From Sphyrna mokarran (Eukaryota): a stretch of DNA of 64,000 nt. The notes beneath the pieces were generated by a model that was not told where the DNA came from, made no database searches, and worked only from the letters and a program-made list of their open reading frames with translations. Below are positions 61,686 to 64,000 of the stretch, one piece after another. The number at the start of each line of letters is the position of its first letter. The stretch's first letter is position 1. The position numbers and the translations under genes were made by a program. Location of the stretch: assembly GCA_024679065.1 (NCBI GenBank), contig JAGIQG010000004.1, positions 21,452,001 through 21,516,000 of the forward strand. Direction: 5' to 3'.

Positions 61686-61977
61686 TTTCATTTATTAGTG
61701 TCACAATTAAGCTTACATTAACACTACAGTGAAGTTACTGTGAAAATTCCCTAGTTGCACTCTGGTGCCTGTTCGGGTACACTGAGGGAGAATTTAGCAT
61801 GGCCAATCCGCCTAACTAGCAGGTTTTTCAGACTGTGCGAGGAAACAGAAGCAGCCAGAGGAAACCCACACAGGCATACAAAGAACGTGCAGACTCTGCA
61901 CAGGCAGTGATCCAAGCTGGGAATCGAACCCATGTCCCTGGCGCTATGAGTCAGCAGTGCTAGCCACTGTACCGCCC
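61686..61977 (-). mobile_element. V-SINE type B
   Basis: Head, core and tail present. Confidence 0.9.
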
Positions 61978-62962
61978 AAGAGGAGCAAAAATATTAAACT
62001 GCTGAAAGAAATTCTTCTCCTCACTTTTCCCCACAAGTAAACGAGGCAGTGGGATTCATTTAAGCTTCAAGATTTCCAGTCACACATGCAAATCCACATA
62101 TATTTTATAATTACTTCTATTTTGAAGGTTGCAAATAATCATCCTTAGGGACTCGGTGCGACATCACATCACCTGCAAGGCCGCCTGGACCAATCATAGC
62201 ATAATGATGACAGATAGGCTCAGTGACATCAAAAAGTATGGAAAACAACCACATTAATTAAAATGATCAGTTATTCATGAAACATTTAAATATTCATCAC
62301 ATTTGAAAAGGGTGCGGAGAAACTATTACCCTTTTTAAATGCTGTAATTGCATAGTCAGTGCAATCTGGAGTGGTCTCCATTTAAAAAAAAATGTTTTTA
62401 AAAAGAATGGCTACAAATCGTAGGAGCATAATGGAAGGAGTTTGGGATTTTATGTAAAGGCAGTTTCCATTAATATCGCCAATCAATTTAAAAATAATTC
62501 TTCTGAAATTGGTCTAAAATATTAGTCTGGCATTCTCTGTAATATGGTTGCTTACTTCAGCACCACGCTCCTATTAAATTTCCACTTGTGTCTGGCCTCA
62601 ATTTGCTGTACGAAAAATTATTCTCTGATAACACAATTTCCATAATAACTAGTTTTTCACACAAAATGCTTTGTGATTGCACAGTAATTCTTTTAGATGA
62701 AAATTGCTTGATCAGACCATAAAAATGAATAAAACCTTATTAAAAACGATGCATCACTTTAATGAAATGATTTATGAAGTTTTGTGAGCTTTTAAAGATT
62801 AGTAAGAATTATAAGACTAAACAACACCAACCCGTGAATGGTCTTTTCACCCGTATGCTACTTTCTATAAAATGAGCCACAAAAGGGTTACAATTTGGCT
62901 TTTACAACTGACTCAATTGGCTCCAAAATAGCCTTCTTGCAAAAATTTGTATATGTTATTCA

Positions 62963-63030
62963 GCACGTTGCACGTTTAAAATGTTTAACCCTCTGAGTGC
63001 TGAATTGACTCACGTGCCTTCACGTGCCTT
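62963..63030. promoter_or_regulatory. E-box cluster: 2x CACGTT, AP-1 TGACTCA, 2x CACGTG
   Basis: gcacgttgcacgtt (62963-62976) and tgactcacgtgccttcacgtgcctt (63006-63030). Motif only. Confidence 0.4.
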
Positions 63031-64000
63031 CTTTATCCCCCTTCATGAATGTTGCTGCCTCTCTGCAATTCTACTGAGAGTAGCTTTTCAATGTCCAGCT
63101 ACTCAGTATACCACAAGCTGTAATATAAAGCATTTTGGATTGTACCATTAACAATTCTAATGCAGTGGCCAGTGTATAATTCCCGTACAATTTAAAGGGG
63201 ATGGGAGAAAGAATTTGCCATGAGTGTAAATGTATTTTTGCATGCAGGTATCTGATCCCACAGCCCATGTAGTAATGGCTGGGTTGGACTACCTTATAAG
63301 GCTGCAATAAAAACAGAGGTTCCGACAACAATCTGAACTGCGATCTGAGGTTGCATTACAGCCTGTAATTCACCACCTTATTTTACTTATACACTAGTTA
63401 GTGTACATATACACTTGGGAGTGGATACAATGCTGTGAAGTCAGCCAAGATTGTTTAGCCCACAAGCTTCAACTATAATAGCGTTTCAATGTTGTTAGTG
63501 CATATGAGAGAATGAAGAGGTGCTTATCAGGGGCTGTAACAGAATCTTCTCTGGAATTTCACATTATGCGACCAGTGATGCATAATTCTTCTACTTTTGC
63601 TGTTTCTGGAAAAGCGATGTTGTTATCATTTTGCATTAATTTTTAAATACCGCCATTTCTGCTGTGTAGGTGGTCGATCTTTAGACTGTTACCCATTCAT
63701 ATCTTGCTGTCAGAGATCATCTCCAGCACATTGGCCAGTCGTAAGCGCCAACTCCCTGGAGAATTAAGTTGGACCCAGAATTTCCTCATGGCATTTTGCA
63801 AAAAGCAAAATTTACCATGAAATGGATGTGTGTTAAATCCTCCCTGTACTCCAATAAGGTTTTACCTCCTTTGAAAGGAAGCAGTCAATGAAATACAAGT
63901 TACAAAAAGCCTAGCAGCCGTGTAAAGACAAAAGCAAGATGAGTAGAATGAAACCAGAATGGTTCAGGTTTCATTTCATATATATCTGAGCATCACTGGG

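Noticed and set aside
3757-61977. Antisense orientation bias of V-SINEs (about 16 minus versus 8 plus)
   Set aside because: The direction fits an intron of a plus-strand gene, but the count is too small to be significant (two-sided binomial p about 0.15).
51675-61977. Inverted SINEs flanking the exon as a circRNA driver
   Set aside because: The exon is only 81-108 nt and the nearest complementary copies are kilobases away. Nothing sets this apart from background.
768-63331. Most ORFs in the supplied track as genes
   Set aside because: They are 60-180 aa, and many are translations of SINEs (recurring VAQWLALLPHS / GFPPGAPVSSHSPK peptides) or LINE remnants. The real exon is not in the track.
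1-64000. Prokaryotic-style system (operon, CRISPR array, defence island)
   Set aside because: The sequence is vertebrate intronic DNA. There are no long ORFs and no regularly spaced identical repeats with unique spacers.

Overview
This is AT-rich vertebrate DNA, and its repeats point to a shark (elasmobranch): HE1/V-SINE-type SINEs, HER1/CR1 LINEs, DeuSINE, Rex1-like and Penelope-like elements. The only credible host coding sequence is an 81-bp phase-1 exon at 60208-60288 (+), DEANEDVEGPNESIQEAEDSTKDKDGG. It matches my recollection of the small internal exon of ZFHX3/ATBF1 and has a second in-frame donor 27 nt downstream. The rest is therefore probably large zfhx3 introns, with many decayed transposons and several repeat-free blocks that look like conserved non-coding elements. 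Most notable: Penelope-like repeats carry minimal hammerhead-ribozyme motifs, and in three independent copies a Harbinger-like MITE has inserted at the cleavage triplet and duplicated it. Other points are an internally inverted Gypsy element, SINE tail-swapping, a head-less SINE group, a micro-inversion in a SINE tRNA head, and E-box/DR1 motif clusters near the exon. Repeat boundaries were read by eye and are approximate (roughly +/-10-30 bp). Family names come from motif recognition, not database searches.
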